The notes below the pieces were generated by a model. It ran no database searches. It saw nothing but the letters and a program-made list of their open reading frames with translations, and was not told where the DNA came from. Below, one piece after another: positions 29,903-39,717 of a DNA stretch of 58,562 bases; position 1 is the stretch's first letter, and every line of letters starts with the position of its first letter. The stretch comes from an uncultured Ruminococcus sp. (lineage in GTDB: Bacteria; Bacillota; Clostridia; Oscillospirales; Acutalibacteraceae). Where the stretch lies: NCBI GenBank assembly GCA_902799325.1, contig CADCAD010000009.1, positions 1 to 58,562 on the forward strand, given 5' to 3'. The translations under genes and the position numbers were made by a program.

Positions 29903-32900
29903 GCAATCACCTTATTTATATCCCATTCAAACCGGGCAATTTCGGATGTGTCCTTGCGGACAATTATCGCAAACGCCGGCTTGCCGTTGTGCTTTTGGTA
30001 GCAGCCGACAAACAACTTGCCCTCGAATTCGCTTTTGGCGCCGACAACCCACAAATCGATATCGTAGTTGCACTTGCCGCCGGCGGTCGCCGCCATGACC
30101 TTATCGGTCAGGGCAAGCTGCCCGGAGGTGCCGATATCTATCTTTATGCGGTCGGTGTCCACTTTAATGCCCGTGCCGACTTCGCCGACAATGCCGTTGA
30201 CGGACTCGTCGTCATAGTAAATCATTTCGTTGCTGTAGGGGATGCCGAGTCCCAGCTCGAGCTTGGCGTGGCCGAGCTCAACCTCCTCGAGGAAGTTCAG
30301 CGTTGCCTCCAGCTTGATGTAGGGCTTGCCGAAGCGCAGCGCAAGCGACACGTCCTCCAGGCTGAGCACGGAGAAGTCGCCGAGATACGTTTCCAGTCCC
30401 GGCAGGAACTTGGAAACCTTGACAAACGACACCTTGCAGCCGCCCTCGAGCATCATGTTTTGGATGCCGTCCTTCAGTCCCGACACGCCGAGCGAGAAGT
30501 CGGAGAAGGTGACAGGCACGCCGGAAATCACGGTGTCCACATCAAAGTCGGCGTAGATTTTGGCGGTGTCAAACGCGCCGTCCGCCCACGCAAGCTCCAA
30601 GCCGAGCCCTTTGTCAATCATGGCGATATCCACCATGATTTTGAAGGAATAGTTGTTTTCGGCGGTGTTGATTTTCAGGTTGAATTCGTCAAGATTGAGC
30701 GCCATGCGCATGTTGCCGAAGAAGCCGGTGCGCTCGCCGCCGGAGCCGCTTTTGATGCTGCCCTTCGGATTGCTCGCGCCGTTGACGCCGATTTCGATAT
30801 CGCAGTCGATGGCGCTTTGCGACACAATCATCTTCTCCTCGTCGGTGAGGGAATAGTCAAACAGCGGAACGTCGCCCGCGATCAACAGCTTGTCCTGGAA
30901 GGGAAGCCTGGTGTTGAACTCGCGGAAGTCAATGGACATGCGGTCGGGATAGAGCGACATGCCGGGCGTGCTTAAATAGAGGAAGCCGGGCAGGACTAAG
31001 CCTGTGTCTATCTTGACAGGCTCCACGCGGAAGCTTTCGTCCGAGGGCGCCACGTTGTCGTTTCGGTAGAGCTTGAGGTCGCTGAAGCCGCGGAAGTTGA
31101 GCACCACACCGTGTTCTGCCATAAACGCGGCGAGCTTGTTTAAATCGGCTGCGCCCTTTTTGTAGCTGACAAACGACTTGCCGGCGGTCATGGTGACGGA
31201 ATCGTCGTGCTTGAGGTCGCCGCTGAGCGTTACGGTGCCGTTGAAGCCCAGCCAACCGTTCATGCGCACATAGCCGGAAAGCGTGGTTTCGTTTTGCGCA
31301 GAGCCGACGGAGGAGGCTTCAAAGATATATTGTCCGAAGCGCACCACGTTGAGCTTGTCGCTTGTAATCACCAGCCCCGATTGGAACACGGCGCGCTTGC
31401 CGTTGACCGTGACGACGACGTCATATTCGCCGCAGGAGGCAGCCGCCGGAACGGTGACGCGCCAGGAGGTGTCGCTTTCATAGGCGCAGCTGAGGTCGTA
31501 GGTGGTACCCGCCTTGATGGAAACCTTGAGGTCGAGGTCCTTTTTCAGCCGGTCGCCGAGCAGGTGCACGGTTTGGTCGACGCTGGATTTGTAGAGCAGG
31601 CGCGTGTCCAAACCGCCGAGGGTGACGCCCTCAAGCGCAAGGCTGTAGTTTTCGCCGACATTGTCGGAATCGAGGTCGGCGTTGTCGTAGAGCCTGTACT
31701 TTTTCTCGTCGAACACCTTGGTATCGTCGTGATACTCGGCGCGCAGCATGCGGTCGGTTTGGATGGTGTCCTGCGCGGTGTAGCTGACGCGGAAGCGGTT
31801 GCGGCTTATCTTATACAAATAATTATAGAAGGAAAGCAGGGAGTCGGCGTTGGAAACGTGGGTGTAGCTGCCGCCGCCTGTGGAGGAATAGGCGCTGAGC
31901 ACCGCGGAGTCGGCGTCGCTGCCCAAGCCCATGGAATAAATCATGACGCCGCGGTCGGCGCATGCCATTTGCAGCTCCTTGAGCGTGTTGTCGTTGGGCG
32001 TGCTGTCCTGACCGTCGGACAGGACAATCAGCACGTTGACGGCGTCGCCCTTGGTAAACTGCTGCATCGCCTGCTCCACGCCGGAGTAAATATTGGTGCC
32101 GCCGTTGGCGTCCATTTCGTCGATGGCGCGCTTGAGCTGATCAACCGACGCGCCCAGATTGACGGAGCCCTTCTCGTTGAAGCCGGAGGAAAAGGCGACG
32201 GTGCCTGCCTTGGTGTCGCTGTCGAGATTATCGGCAAACCGGCGCAGCGCGTCCTTTAGGTCGTCAATTTTGCCGCCGTCGCCCATGCTGCCGGAGTTGT
32301 CGCAGACAAGCACGATGTTGACGCCGGCGTCGTTGAGCTTTTCTACCTGATAGTCCTTGACGGCGATATCGCAGTCATACAAATCTATTTTTTGCTTGAA
32401 TTCCTCGGCGGAATCCGCCACGCTTTCGTCGATGGCGATAACGGCGCTCATCTGTTCAAAATTGGAGTGGTCGATAGAAGCGATGTTGATGGACGCCGTA
32501 ATCTGGTTGACCTGCTCCGAAACATAGCCCGAGAAGGTGCCGTCGGCGGTGGCGTCGTCCTCGGAGGAGCTGTCGCCGTCATCTGCTACAGACGCAGGCG
32601 TGTCGTCCTCGGAGGAGCTGTCGCCGTCATCTGCTACAGACGCAGGCGTGTCGTCCTCGCCGGTGAGGGTATCGGTGACCTCGTCGGCAAAATCGGACAA
32701 ATCAATGTTGGCGTCCGCGCCGGCATTGGCTTTCATTTCCTCCGCCTGCATATTATCAACAAGCACCTTGACATAGCGGTCGATTTCCTTGTACGCTTCG
32801 GTGTCGTCCTTGTTTTCCAGAATTTCGTTGAGCCGTCCGGCAGGCTGCAAATAGGCGGCGTCGTCGCTGTCGGCGGCGGTGACAAGCGCCTTGCGAATCA

Positions 32901-34011
32901 GCGCGGCGGTTTCCTCATCGCTGCCGTCGGTGTAGTTCATATAGGCGAGCTCCAAATAGAGCTTGGATGACTCGCGCTCGCCGGGCGTATCGGCGGCGGT
33001 GCGGATTTGCTCGCGCACCCACGCCTTGTAGCTGTCCACACTGTCGGTGGAGGAATCGTGCAGCTTTTCGATGGCGCCGTCCACCACGGCAACGTCCTCA
33101 CCGAAGTTTTGGGAAGCCTTTTGCTGCTCCAGCCATTGGATGATGCGCTCGTTGCGGCCGCGCTGCTCGCTGAGCACGTTGACCTCCTTCAAATCTTCCT
33201 CGGTCACGTGGTTTTCGCGCACCACCTCGCCCAGCATGAGATACTGGCTCGCGTCGGAATATTTGTCGGAGCGCGCGACGATTTCGGGATACTGCCCGGA
33301 CAAATCGAGCGCCTTGAGGTAGCTGGTTTCAAAGGCGGGCGGAAACGCCGTGGCTGGGTAATCATTCAGAATTTCTTGATATTCCTCCGCCGCGTCAGCC
33401 GCTTCGCCGGAGGAGGCTGTGGCGGCGTCCATGCGGTCAACCTTGGCGTATACCGCCGCGGCGCGCGTGGCGTTGTCGGGCAGCGACAGCGCGTCGATTC
33501 CCTCCATAACGGTCTGCACCAGCTCGTTGTGCGAAAGGCTGCCGCTGAGCACCGCCGCCAAGGCGTTGGCTTCTTTTTCGATTTGACCGCCGAATTCGCC
33601 GCTGCTTTTCAGCGTTGCCAAAATGCCCTGCGCGGACTGATAGCTGCCGCGCAGCGCGTCCAGCCTGGCGCGCGCGAGCATGTAGGCGTCGTTGACGGGA
33701 TAGCGCGCGGCAAAGTCGTTGAGCGTTTGCTCGGCGCTGCGCGTCATACCCTTGGTCAGCAGGGCGGTCGCCATGTTGATATAATCGTCGGGGTTTTTAT
33801 CCTTTTCCTCCACCAGCCGCGCCTGCTTCAGTTCATCAGCGGGATTGGCGGCGACAAAGTTGGCGGTGATGATGGTTGCCGCTGCCGCAGGCACCAAAAA
33901 TGCCGCGGCGATAATCCACACCGCGCGCGTTTTCTTCAAAAACACGGCGGCAACCACCAGCGCGGCAGCAACAATGACAAACGCCATTATCATCTGAAAA
34001 GTCAGACTCAT
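29899..34011 (-). CDS. Large vWA-domain membrane-anchored protein
   Basis: Two N-terminal TMs, helical TPR-like region, acidic linker, MIDAS DNSGS..GGTN..LSDG, long beta-rich C-terminus; start MSLTFQ after GAGGGAG. Confidence 0.85.
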   Translation of the reverse strand: MSLTFQMIMAFVIVAAALVVAAVFLKKTRAVWIIAAAFLVPAAAATIITANFVAANPADELKQARLVEEKDKNPDDYINMATALLTKGMTRSAEQTLNDFAARYPVNDAYMLARARLDALRGSYQSAQGILATLKSSGEFGGQIEKEANALAAVLSGSLSHNELVQTVMEGIDALSLPDNATRAAAVYAKVDRMDAATASSGEAADAAEEYQEILNDYPATAFPPAFETSYLKALDLSGQYPEIVARSDKYSDASQYLMLGEVVRENHVTEEDLKEVNVLSEQRGRNERIIQWLEQQKASQNFGEDVAVVDGAIEKLHDSSTDSVDSYKAWVREQIRTAADTPGERESSKLYLELAYMNYTDGSDEETAALIRKALVTAADSDDAAYLQPAGRLNEILENKDDTEAYKEIDRYVKVLVDNMQAEEMKANAGADANIDLSDFADEVTDTLTGEDDTPASVADDGDSSSEDDTPASVADDGDSSSEDDATADGTFSGYVSEQVNQITASINIASIDHSNFEQMSAVIAIDESVADSAEEFKQKIDLYDCDIAVKDYQVEKLNDAGVNIVLVCDNSGSMGDGGKIDDLKDALRRFADNLDSDTKAGTVAFSSGFNEKGSVNLGASVDQLKRAIDEMDANGGTNIYSGVEQAMQQFTKGDAVNVLIVLSDGQDSTPNDNTLKELQMACADRGVMIYSMGLGSDADSAVLSAYSSTGGGSYTHVSNADSLLSFYNYLYKISRNRFRVSYTAQDTIQTDRMLRAEYHDDTKVFDEKKYRLYDNADLDSDNVGENYSLALEGVTLGGLDTRLLYKSSVDQTVHLLGDRLKKDLDLKVSIKAGTTYDLSCAYESDTSWRVTVPAAASCGEYDVVVTVNGKRAVFQSGLVITSDKLNVVRFGQYIFEASSVGSAQNETTLSGYVRMNGWLGFNGTVTLSGDLKHDDSVTMTAGKSFVSYKKGAADLNKLAAFMAEHGVVLNFRGFSDLKLYRNDNVAPSDESFRVEPVKIDTGLVLPGFLYLSTPGMSLYPDRMSIDFREFNTRLPFQDKLLIAGDVPLFDYSLTDEEKMIVSQSAIDCDIEIGVNGASNPKGSIKSGSGGERTGFFGNMRMALNLDEFNLKINTAENNYSFKIMVDIAMIDKGLGLELAWADGAFDTAKIYADFDVDTVISGVPVTFSDFSLGVSGLKDGIQNMMLEGGCKVSFVKVSKFLPGLETYLGDFSVLSLEDVSLALRFGKPYIKLEATLNFLEEVELGHAKLELGLGIPYSNEMIYYDDESVNGIVGEVGTGIKVDTDRIKIDIGTSGQLALTDKVMAATAGGKCNYDIDLWVVGAKSEFEGKLFVGCYQKHNGKPAFAIIVRKDTSEIARFEWDINKVIA
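32554..32659. repeat. Exact 48-bp in-frame tandem duplication
   Basis: Two identical units plus 10 nt, encoding EDDTPASVADDGDSSS. Confidence 0.9.
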
Positions 34012-34197
34012 GCAATCTCCCTCATTTCTTGGTTTCGAATGATACAATCTGCTACTATTATACCGAAAAACGACCTTTTTCGCAACAAAAGTCTTTGTTT
34101 TATACGATGGCAAAACCCCCAAAGATTTCCTGTTATCCTTGTTGAAAATAACGAACCGCAGCGCCCGATGCAGGGACGCCGCGGCTTTTGGCACTTA

Positions 34198-34314
34198 TAC
34201 TATTCTCTGATAAAAGACTTTAAAACAGATGTCGATGGAAAATTCCGCAGAACAAGGCGGAGGACGCAGGAATCCTGACGGATTCCGAGGACGGGATTTT
34301 ATTTGAGAATAGTA
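34198..34314. mobile_element. MITE-like element, internally deleted copy
   Basis: TTA-TACTATTCTC...GAGAATAGTA-TTA; core identical to the 54425 copy. Confidence 0.75.
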
Positions 34315-34320
34315 TTAGCA

Positions 34321-35514
34321 TTACTTTTCTCTTTGCAGGCGGAAGTCCACGGAGCGGCGGAGATATTCCAAATATGCCTCGTCGCGGCACATCGCCTTGC
34401 CGGGCGCGTCGGACAGCTTGGCAACCGGTCTGCCGTTGACATACTGCAGCTTGATGACGATGTTCAGCGCCTTTTCGCAGGTGTCGTTGGAGCAGAAGGT
34501 GCCGATGCCGAAGCTCACCTTGGCTCTGTCCTTAAAGTGGTCAAACAGCGCCTGTGCGCGGTCAAAATCAAGGCTGTCGGAAAAGAGCAGCAGCTTGGTT
34601 TTGGGATTGACGCCGTAGCTTTCGTAGTGGCGAATCATCTTTTCGCCCCATTCATAGGGATCGGCGCTGTCGTGGCGCACACCGCTGTAGTTGTTGACCA
34701 TGGAGCGGTTGAAGTCGCGCAGAAACAGGTCGGTGGTGATGGTGTCGGTCAGCGCGGTGCCGTTGTCGCCCTGGTATTCGTCATACCAGTCCTTCATGGC
34801 GTAGTGGTTGGTGTAGGCGAGCGGGATTTCGTCGATGCCCTGGTACATCTGCACATACTCGTGCGCGTAGGTGCCAATGGGCGTGAGGTTGTATTTCATG
34901 GCGAGATACACGTTGGAGGTGCCGACGCATTTGTCGGTTTCCTGCGCCAGGCGGCGCACCACCACGTCCTCCCACTCACGGGAGAGCCTTCTGCGGCAGC
35001 CGAACTCGGCGAATTTGAAGGTGTAGGTGCCGTCGTTGAGCGCCTTGATTTTGGCGTCGAGCTTTTCCTCGGCGGAGCGGCGCAGGGCTTCGTAGTCGTA
35101 CTGCATGCGGAAATAGACCTCGTTGACGATTTCCAGCAGGAAGATTTCAAACTGCATGGCGGAAAACAGCGGACCGTCCACCACGATGCTCAGCTCGCCC
35201 TCCGGGGTGCGGCTGACGGTGACGTAATCGCGGATGGGGTGCCACAGCCGCAAAAACTCCACGTAGTCGTTTTTGATGAAGCGGATGGAGCGCAAATAGT
35301 CAAGCTCTCCGTCCGTGAAGCGCAGGCTGCACAGGTGGTCGATTTGCGCGTTGATTTCCTCCTCCATCGCGGGGGTGAACACCACGCCTGCGTTGCGGCA
35401 CTTGAAATAGTATTGACCGCAGAGGTCGGTATGCTTATGGAAAATGACCTGATCCATATTGAATTTATAGAGGTCGGTGTCGAGCAGGGACACCACAATC
35501 GGCTGTAATTTCAT
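34321..35514 (-). CDS. pncB: Nicotinate phosphoribosyltransferase (short, proteobacterial-like type)
   Basis: SLLDTDLYK, EFGCRRRLS, GTSNV, GTYAHE, GVRHDSADP, FSDSL, LNIVIKL, KLSDAPGK. Confidence 0.93.
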   Translation of the reverse strand: MKLQPIVVSLLDTDLYKFNMDQVIFHKHTDLCGQYYFKCRNAGVVFTPAMEEEINAQIDHLCSLRFTDGELDYLRSIRFIKNDYVEFLRLWHPIRDYVTVSRTPEGELSIVVDGPLFSAMQFEIFLLEIVNEVYFRMQYDYEALRRSAEEKLDAKIKALNDGTYTFKFAEFGCRRRLSREWEDVVVRRLAQETDKCVGTSNVYLAMKYNLTPIGTYAHEYVQMYQGIDEIPLAYTNHYAMKDWYDEYQGDNGTALTDTITTDLFLRDFNRSMVNNYSGVRHDSADPYEWGEKMIRHYESYGVNPKTKLLLFSDSLDFDRAQALFDHFKDRAKVSFGIGTFCSNDTCEKALNIVIKLQYVNGRPVAKLSDAPGKAMCRDEAYLEYLRRSVDFRLQREK

Positions 35515-35547
35515 ATTACCCCGTCCTTTCGTTTGAAATGCACATGC

Positions 35548-36102
35548 TCATATGCTGTCGGTAAACAGGTTATCCTTGGCGGCGAGCACCGCCGCCTTCA
35601 TTGCTTCGTAGTCCTCCCACAGCACCTGCGGCGTGTAGCGCTGCCAAGCCGCGCGGTTGTCGGTGAGGAAAAATTCGCGCATGCGCGTGGCGGAAATGTC
35701 GATGGTTTTGGGCACGTACAGCTCCGCCACCTTAACGCCTGCGGCGCTGTCAAACCAGTCCAGGCGGCGCTCCTCCTTGCCGGAAATCAGCAAATCGGGC
35801 GCCTTGCCAAAGCGCGCGCGGACGTTTTGCAGCACGTAGTCGCCCCATTTGGAATTGTTGCCCACGCCGATGTCGGGCAGCGGCACAATTTGCACGCGGT
35901 CGCCGAACACCTTTTGCAGCATTTGCCTGCGCTGCGCATAGGTAAACGGATTTTTCAGCGTGCCCGATTCCTGCGACGAACCGACAAAAATGCCCACTTT
36001 TTCGCACACGGCGCAAGCCTTTTCCACCATGTCCCGGTGACCGGTGTGGAAGGTTTGAAACCGCCCGACGATAATGCCTAATTTAAACGCTTTGCCTTTC
36101 AT
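35548..36102 (-). CDS. nadM: NadM-type NMN/NaMN adenylyltransferase
   Basis: GRFQTFHTGH, GSSQ..KNPFT..R, ISATRMR; NAD operon context. Confidence 0.82.
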   Translation of the reverse strand: MKGKAFKLGIIVGRFQTFHTGHRDMVEKACAVCEKVGIFVGSSQESGTLKNPFTYAQRRQMLQKVFGDRVQIVPLPDIGVGNNSKWGDYVLQNVRARFGKAPDLLISGKEERRLDWFDSAAGVKVAELYVPKTIDISATRMREFFLTDNRAAWQRYTPQVLWEDYEAMKAAVLAAKDNLFTDSI

Positions 36103-36113
36103 AGTCTTTTCCT

Positions 36114-36839
36114 TTACAGCTCCGGTTCAAACGACGGCATGAGCTGCAGCTTGAACAGGTTCATTTTGTGCATGCGGTCGATTTTGGCTTTCTTGTCCTG
36201 ATCCTCGATTTCGCCGGTGCGGATGTAGCGGTCGAGCTCGGCATAGGTAAAGCCGAGGTTGTCCTCGTCGGTTTTGCCGCAGAGTCCGTCAATCGGCACC
36301 TTGTCCACCAACACGTCGGGCAGCCCGAGCAGTCTGCCGATTTGCTTCATCTCCTGCACGGTCAAATGCGAGCACGGGCTGAAATCGCCGACGGAATCGC
36401 CGTAGCGCGTGGAGTAGCCCACCCAATCCTCGGAGAGGTTGCAGGTGTTGGCGACGCGGCCGTTGTGCGTCTGCGACACCGCGTACAGCGTTGCCATGCG
36501 GATGCGCGGCGGCAGGTTGGTGCGGCTTTGGTCGCTGAGCGCAAACGGGACGGCGTTGGTAATGCCCTCCACCGCGTCCTTGATGTTGACGATGTAGTGC
36601 TTGATGCCGAGGGTGTCCACCAACAGCTTTGCCATGTCGATGTCGTGCTGCTCGCCGCAGGGCATCAGCACACCGATAACCCTGTCCTTGCCAAGCGCCT
36701 CAACGCACAGCGCCGCCACAATCGAGCTGTCCTTGCCGCCCGAAATGCCGACGACGGCGTTGCAGCCCTTTCCGTTTTGTTCAAAGAAATCGCGTATCCA
36801 CTGCACGCAATCATTTTTTACTTTTTCCGCGTTAAACAT
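36114..36839 (-). CDS. nadE: NH3-dependent NAD+ (or NMN) synthetase
   Basis: GISGGKDS, RIRM, NLSEDWVGYSTRYGD, TDEDNLG; no glutaminase domain. Confidence 0.92.
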   Translation of the reverse strand: MFNAEKVKNDCVQWIRDFFEQNGKGCNAVVGISGGKDSSIVAALCVEALGKDRVIGVLMPCGEQHDIDMAKLLVDTLGIKHYIVNIKDAVEGITNAVPFALSDQSRTNLPPRIRMATLYAVSQTHNGRVANTCNLSEDWVGYSTRYGDSVGDFSPCSHLTVQEMKQIGRLLGLPDVLVDKVPIDGLCGKTDEDNLGFTYAELDRYIRTGEIEDQDKKAKIDRMHKMNLFKLQLMPSFEPEL

Positions 36840-36852
36840 TTGATGTTCCTCC

Positions 36853-37377
36853 TCAGTTCATTTCAATTTGACAGCTTTGCATGGTGGCGAGCGCCGCGTT
36901 GTGCGCCTGCGGCGTGACGCCTGCACAGCAGGCGGGGTCCACCGCGATAGTCGCCTCGGGAAAATGCGCCTTGAGCAGCAGCGCGTTGCTGACAACGCAG
37001 ATGTCGGTGCAAAGTCCGATTAAGGTGATGTCAAAATCCTCGCCGCCGGCGGCTTTTCGGATGATGTCGGGCAGGTTTTCCGCGCCGAAGGTGCGCTTTT
37101 CAACGGCGGTATAGCCCCTTTCGTCCAGCGCCGCGGCGACCGCCTTGTCGAGCGCCCAGCCGGCGGTGTTCTTGATGCAGTGCGGCACCGGCAGGTGCTT
37201 GCCCTCGTTAGTCTGCATATAGTTTTCATGGTGGGTATCGAGGGTGGCGAAGATTTCGCCGTCAAAGCCCTTGATTTTTGCAACGACATGCGGGACGATG
37301 GCAACGGCTTCCTCGGTGCCGAGCGCGCCGTCCACGAAGTCCTTTTGCATATCGACAACAATTAAAAAGTGTTTCAT
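36853..37377 (-). CDS. pncA: Nicotinamidase (isochorismatase family)
   Basis: VVDMQKDF, DTH, PHC, GLCTDICV. Confidence 0.9.
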   Translation of the reverse strand: MKHFLIVVDMQKDFVDGALGTEEAVAIVPHVVAKIKGFDGEIFATLDTHHENYMQTNEGKHLPVPHCIKNTAGWALDKAVAAALDERGYTAVEKRTFGAENLPDIIRKAAGGEDFDITLIGLCTDICVVSNALLLKAHFPEATIAVDPACCAGVTPQAHNAALATMQSCQIEMN

Positions 37378-37386
37378 GGGTTCCTC

Positions 37387-38199
37387 CTATTTTTTGCGGT
37401 AGAGCCTTGCCGGACGGTGCCCGGCGCCCTGCTTGTACGACTCGGTTTCCTCCACCAGATTTGCCACCTTGCGGCGAAAATTGGCAGGCAGCACCGAGAT
37501 GTTCATGACGGTTTCCTGCACGTTTTGCAGCTCGGCAAGCGTGAAGGTTTCGGGCAGGAAATCAAAGATGTGTTCAAAGTCCGCCGCGCCTGCGCGAAGC
37601 GCTTCCAGCGCCGCGGCGATGATTTTGGCGTGGTCAAAGGCAAGCGAGCCGCTGTCGAGCAGGTTATACCGCGTCATGCCGAACTGCGTTCGCTCCTCGC
37701 GGAGCACCGCGCGCACGCTGTCCTCGCCGTTTTGCAGCGTCAGCACGCTGTCACCGTTTTCGTCCTGCGCAAAGTCAACGTCAAACCACTTGGCGTCGGC
37801 GGCGTCATCGCCCGACTGCGCCCTGACGGCAGGGTCGCTGATGATGCAGGCAAAGGCGTTGGAAATAATCCAGCCGCGCGGATCGCGTCCCGGTTCGCTG
37901 AACACGCCCACCGGCATCAGCGACGCGGGTTTGACGGCGGTTTCCTCCTCCACCTCGCGGAAGGCGCACTGCTCAATGGTTTCACCGGGGCTCAAAAAGC
38001 CGCCCGGCAGCGCCCAACAGCCCTTGTACGGGTGTCCGCCGCGCTTGATCAGCAGCACCGACAGCGCCGTTTGCGAGTTGCGGCGGTAGTTGCCGCTGTC
38101 GCTTTCGCGGATGCGAAAGGCGACGATGTCCGCCGTCACCGACGGCCGCGGATAGTCCTCGAGCGAGTAGCCGCTCAAAAATGCTTTTTCGTCCTGCAT
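37387..38199 (-). CDS. nrtR: NrtR Nudix-related transcriptional regulator
   Basis: PSVTAD, WALPGGF..REVEEET, RDPRG, LAFDH, wHTH FTLAELQ..NFRRK..RPARLY. Confidence 0.9.
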   Translation of the reverse strand: MQDEKAFLSGYSLEDYPRPSVTADIVAFRIRESDSGNYRRNSQTALSVLLIKRGGHPYKGCWALPGGFLSPGETIEQCAFREVEEETAVKPASLMPVGVFSEPGRDPRGWIISNAFACIISDPAVRAQSGDDAADAKWFDVDFAQDENGDSVLTLQNGEDSVRAVLREERTQFGMTRYNLLDSGSLAFDHAKIIAAALEALRAGAADFEHIFDFLPETFTLAELQNVQETVMNISVLPANFRRKVANLVEETESYKQGAGHRPARLYRKK

Positions 38200-38220
38200 A
38201 GGCGTTTCCTCCTGTCTTAT

Positions 38221-38262
38221 TTATTTCACTTTGATAATATCACATTGTTATTAACAAGTCAA
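38221..38262 (-). promoter_or_regulatory. Promoter of the NAD operon with a possible NrtR operator
   Basis: TTGACT-17-TATTAT; imperfect palindrome TATTATCA-aag-TGAAATAA over -10/+1. Confidence 0.55.
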
Positions 38263-38387
38263 TACTTTTATGAAATTTTTTTAAAAATTTTTCTCTATAA
38301 AAAACAGTCTGATGCCCTCCGCTGCTATTTGACACTTTTTTTAGCGTATGATATAGTGATAACAGAAAGCGAAAGGCGGTAACAGCC

Positions 38388-39560
38388 ATGAAAAACAGAA
38401 GGAAAAAGAAACAACTCAAACGGATTCTCGCCGTACTGATTACGGCAGTGCTGCTGGCAGGGCTGTGTGCCTGCGCCGGCAAAACGGCGGAAAACAGCTC
38501 ATCGGCGGCGGAAAACGGCGCCTCGGCGAAGGCGCAGCCGTCAGCGGCAAATGCCGACGACAAGGGCAGCAAGCTGCTGGAGCAATATCATTTCAGCGGC
38601 GTGGTGTCCATCAGCAAGGGAAACGACACATGGACATACGCGGCAGGCGTCGCCGACACGGCGACGGGCAGCAAAATTACCGCCGACTCGCAGTTTTGCG
38701 TCGGCTCGGTGGCAAAACAGTTCACCGCCACGGCGATTTTGCAGCTGCAGGAGCAGGGCAAGCTGAAGGTCACGGACACGCTGGGCACCTACTTTCCCGA
38801 CTGCGTGTACGGCGACAAGGTGACGCTGCACCATATGCTGTGCATGCGCTCGGGCATCGCGGAATTTTATGACGTAGAGGAAGCCGACGGCTGCCTGAAC
38901 GAGCTGCCCACCGGCGAATTGCGCGCAACCGTCACCAACGAAAACACCGCCGAACAAAACCGTGCCCTGCTGCAGGACTGGTTGCTGCGGCAGCCGTTGG
39001 TGTTTGCGCCGGACAGCATGTACGACTACACGAACTCCAACTATTTTCTGTTGGCGCAGTTGGTGGAGAAGGTGTCGGGCGAAAGCTATGAGGACTATGT
39101 CCGCGCCCATCTGCTGCAGCCGCTCGGCATGAACGACACGGGCTTTATTGACGAGCTTGCGGACAGTCCGCGCCTTGCCAAGTCGCCGCACAGCCCCACC
39201 ACCGTTTACGTCGGCATTACGCGCGGCTTGGGCGATTTGGTTTCCACCGCCGCCGACATGGACAAGTGGCTGTGCGCCTATGCCGACAACAGCCTGCTTG
39301 ACGCCGACAGCATGGAAGCGATGACCGCCGACTACTGCATGCCTGCGGACGACACCGCCTACGGCTACGGCGTCGTGCCCGACGGCAGCGGCGGCATTTA
39401 TCACACCGGCATTTTTACCTCCTACAGCGCACTGACCTACACTGTTCCGTCGCAGGGATACCGCTTTTTTGCGGTCAGCAACGACCAGCTTGCCCTGCCG
39501 GTGCCGTTTAGCACGATTTGCCAACAGCTGCTGTCGGAGGACTATGAACCCGTCAACTGA
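38388..39560 (+). CDS. Serine hydrolase, beta-lactamase/PBP-like lipoprotein
   Basis: Lipobox-like LCAC, SVAK (SxxK), YTN (YxN), HTG. Confidence 0.88.
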   Translation: MKNRRKKKQLKRILAVLITAVLLAGLCACAGKTAENSSSAAENGASAKAQPSAANADDKGSKLLEQYHFSGVVSISKGNDTWTYAAGVADTATGSKITADSQFCVGSVAKQFTATAILQLQEQGKLKVTDTLGTYFPDCVYGDKVTLHHMLCMRSGIAEFYDVEEADGCLNELPTGELRATVTNENTAEQNRALLQDWLLRQPLVFAPDSMYDYTNSNYFLLAQLVEKVSGESYEDYVRAHLLQPLGMNDTGFIDELADSPRLAKSPHSPTTVYVGITRGLGDLVSTAADMDKWLCAYADNSLLDADSMEAMTADYCMPADDTAYGYGVVPDGSGGIYHTGIFTSYSALTYTVPSQGYRFFAVSNDQLALPVPFSTICQQLLSEDYEPVN

Positions 39561-39581
39561 TACAGGTATAAAAGAATATAA

Positions 39582-39623
39582 AAATCCGAAAAGGGCCGCT
39601 TGTCAGCGACCCTTTTCGGATTT
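39582..39623. terminator. Terminator between convergent genes
   Basis: AAATCCGAAAAGGG..CCCTTTTCGGATTT. Confidence 0.75.
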
Positions 39624-39717
39624 AGAAGTTTTGAAATTAACGTGAAAAACGTGGATGTTGTAATTAATTAATCGACAAAATCTTTTCAAAAATACCGTTC
39701 CAATTGCCAAGCCTCGA

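Noticed and set aside
38388-39560. True beta-lactamase resistance gene
   Set aside because: Motifs fit the broad serine hydrolase family; function cannot be assigned from sequence
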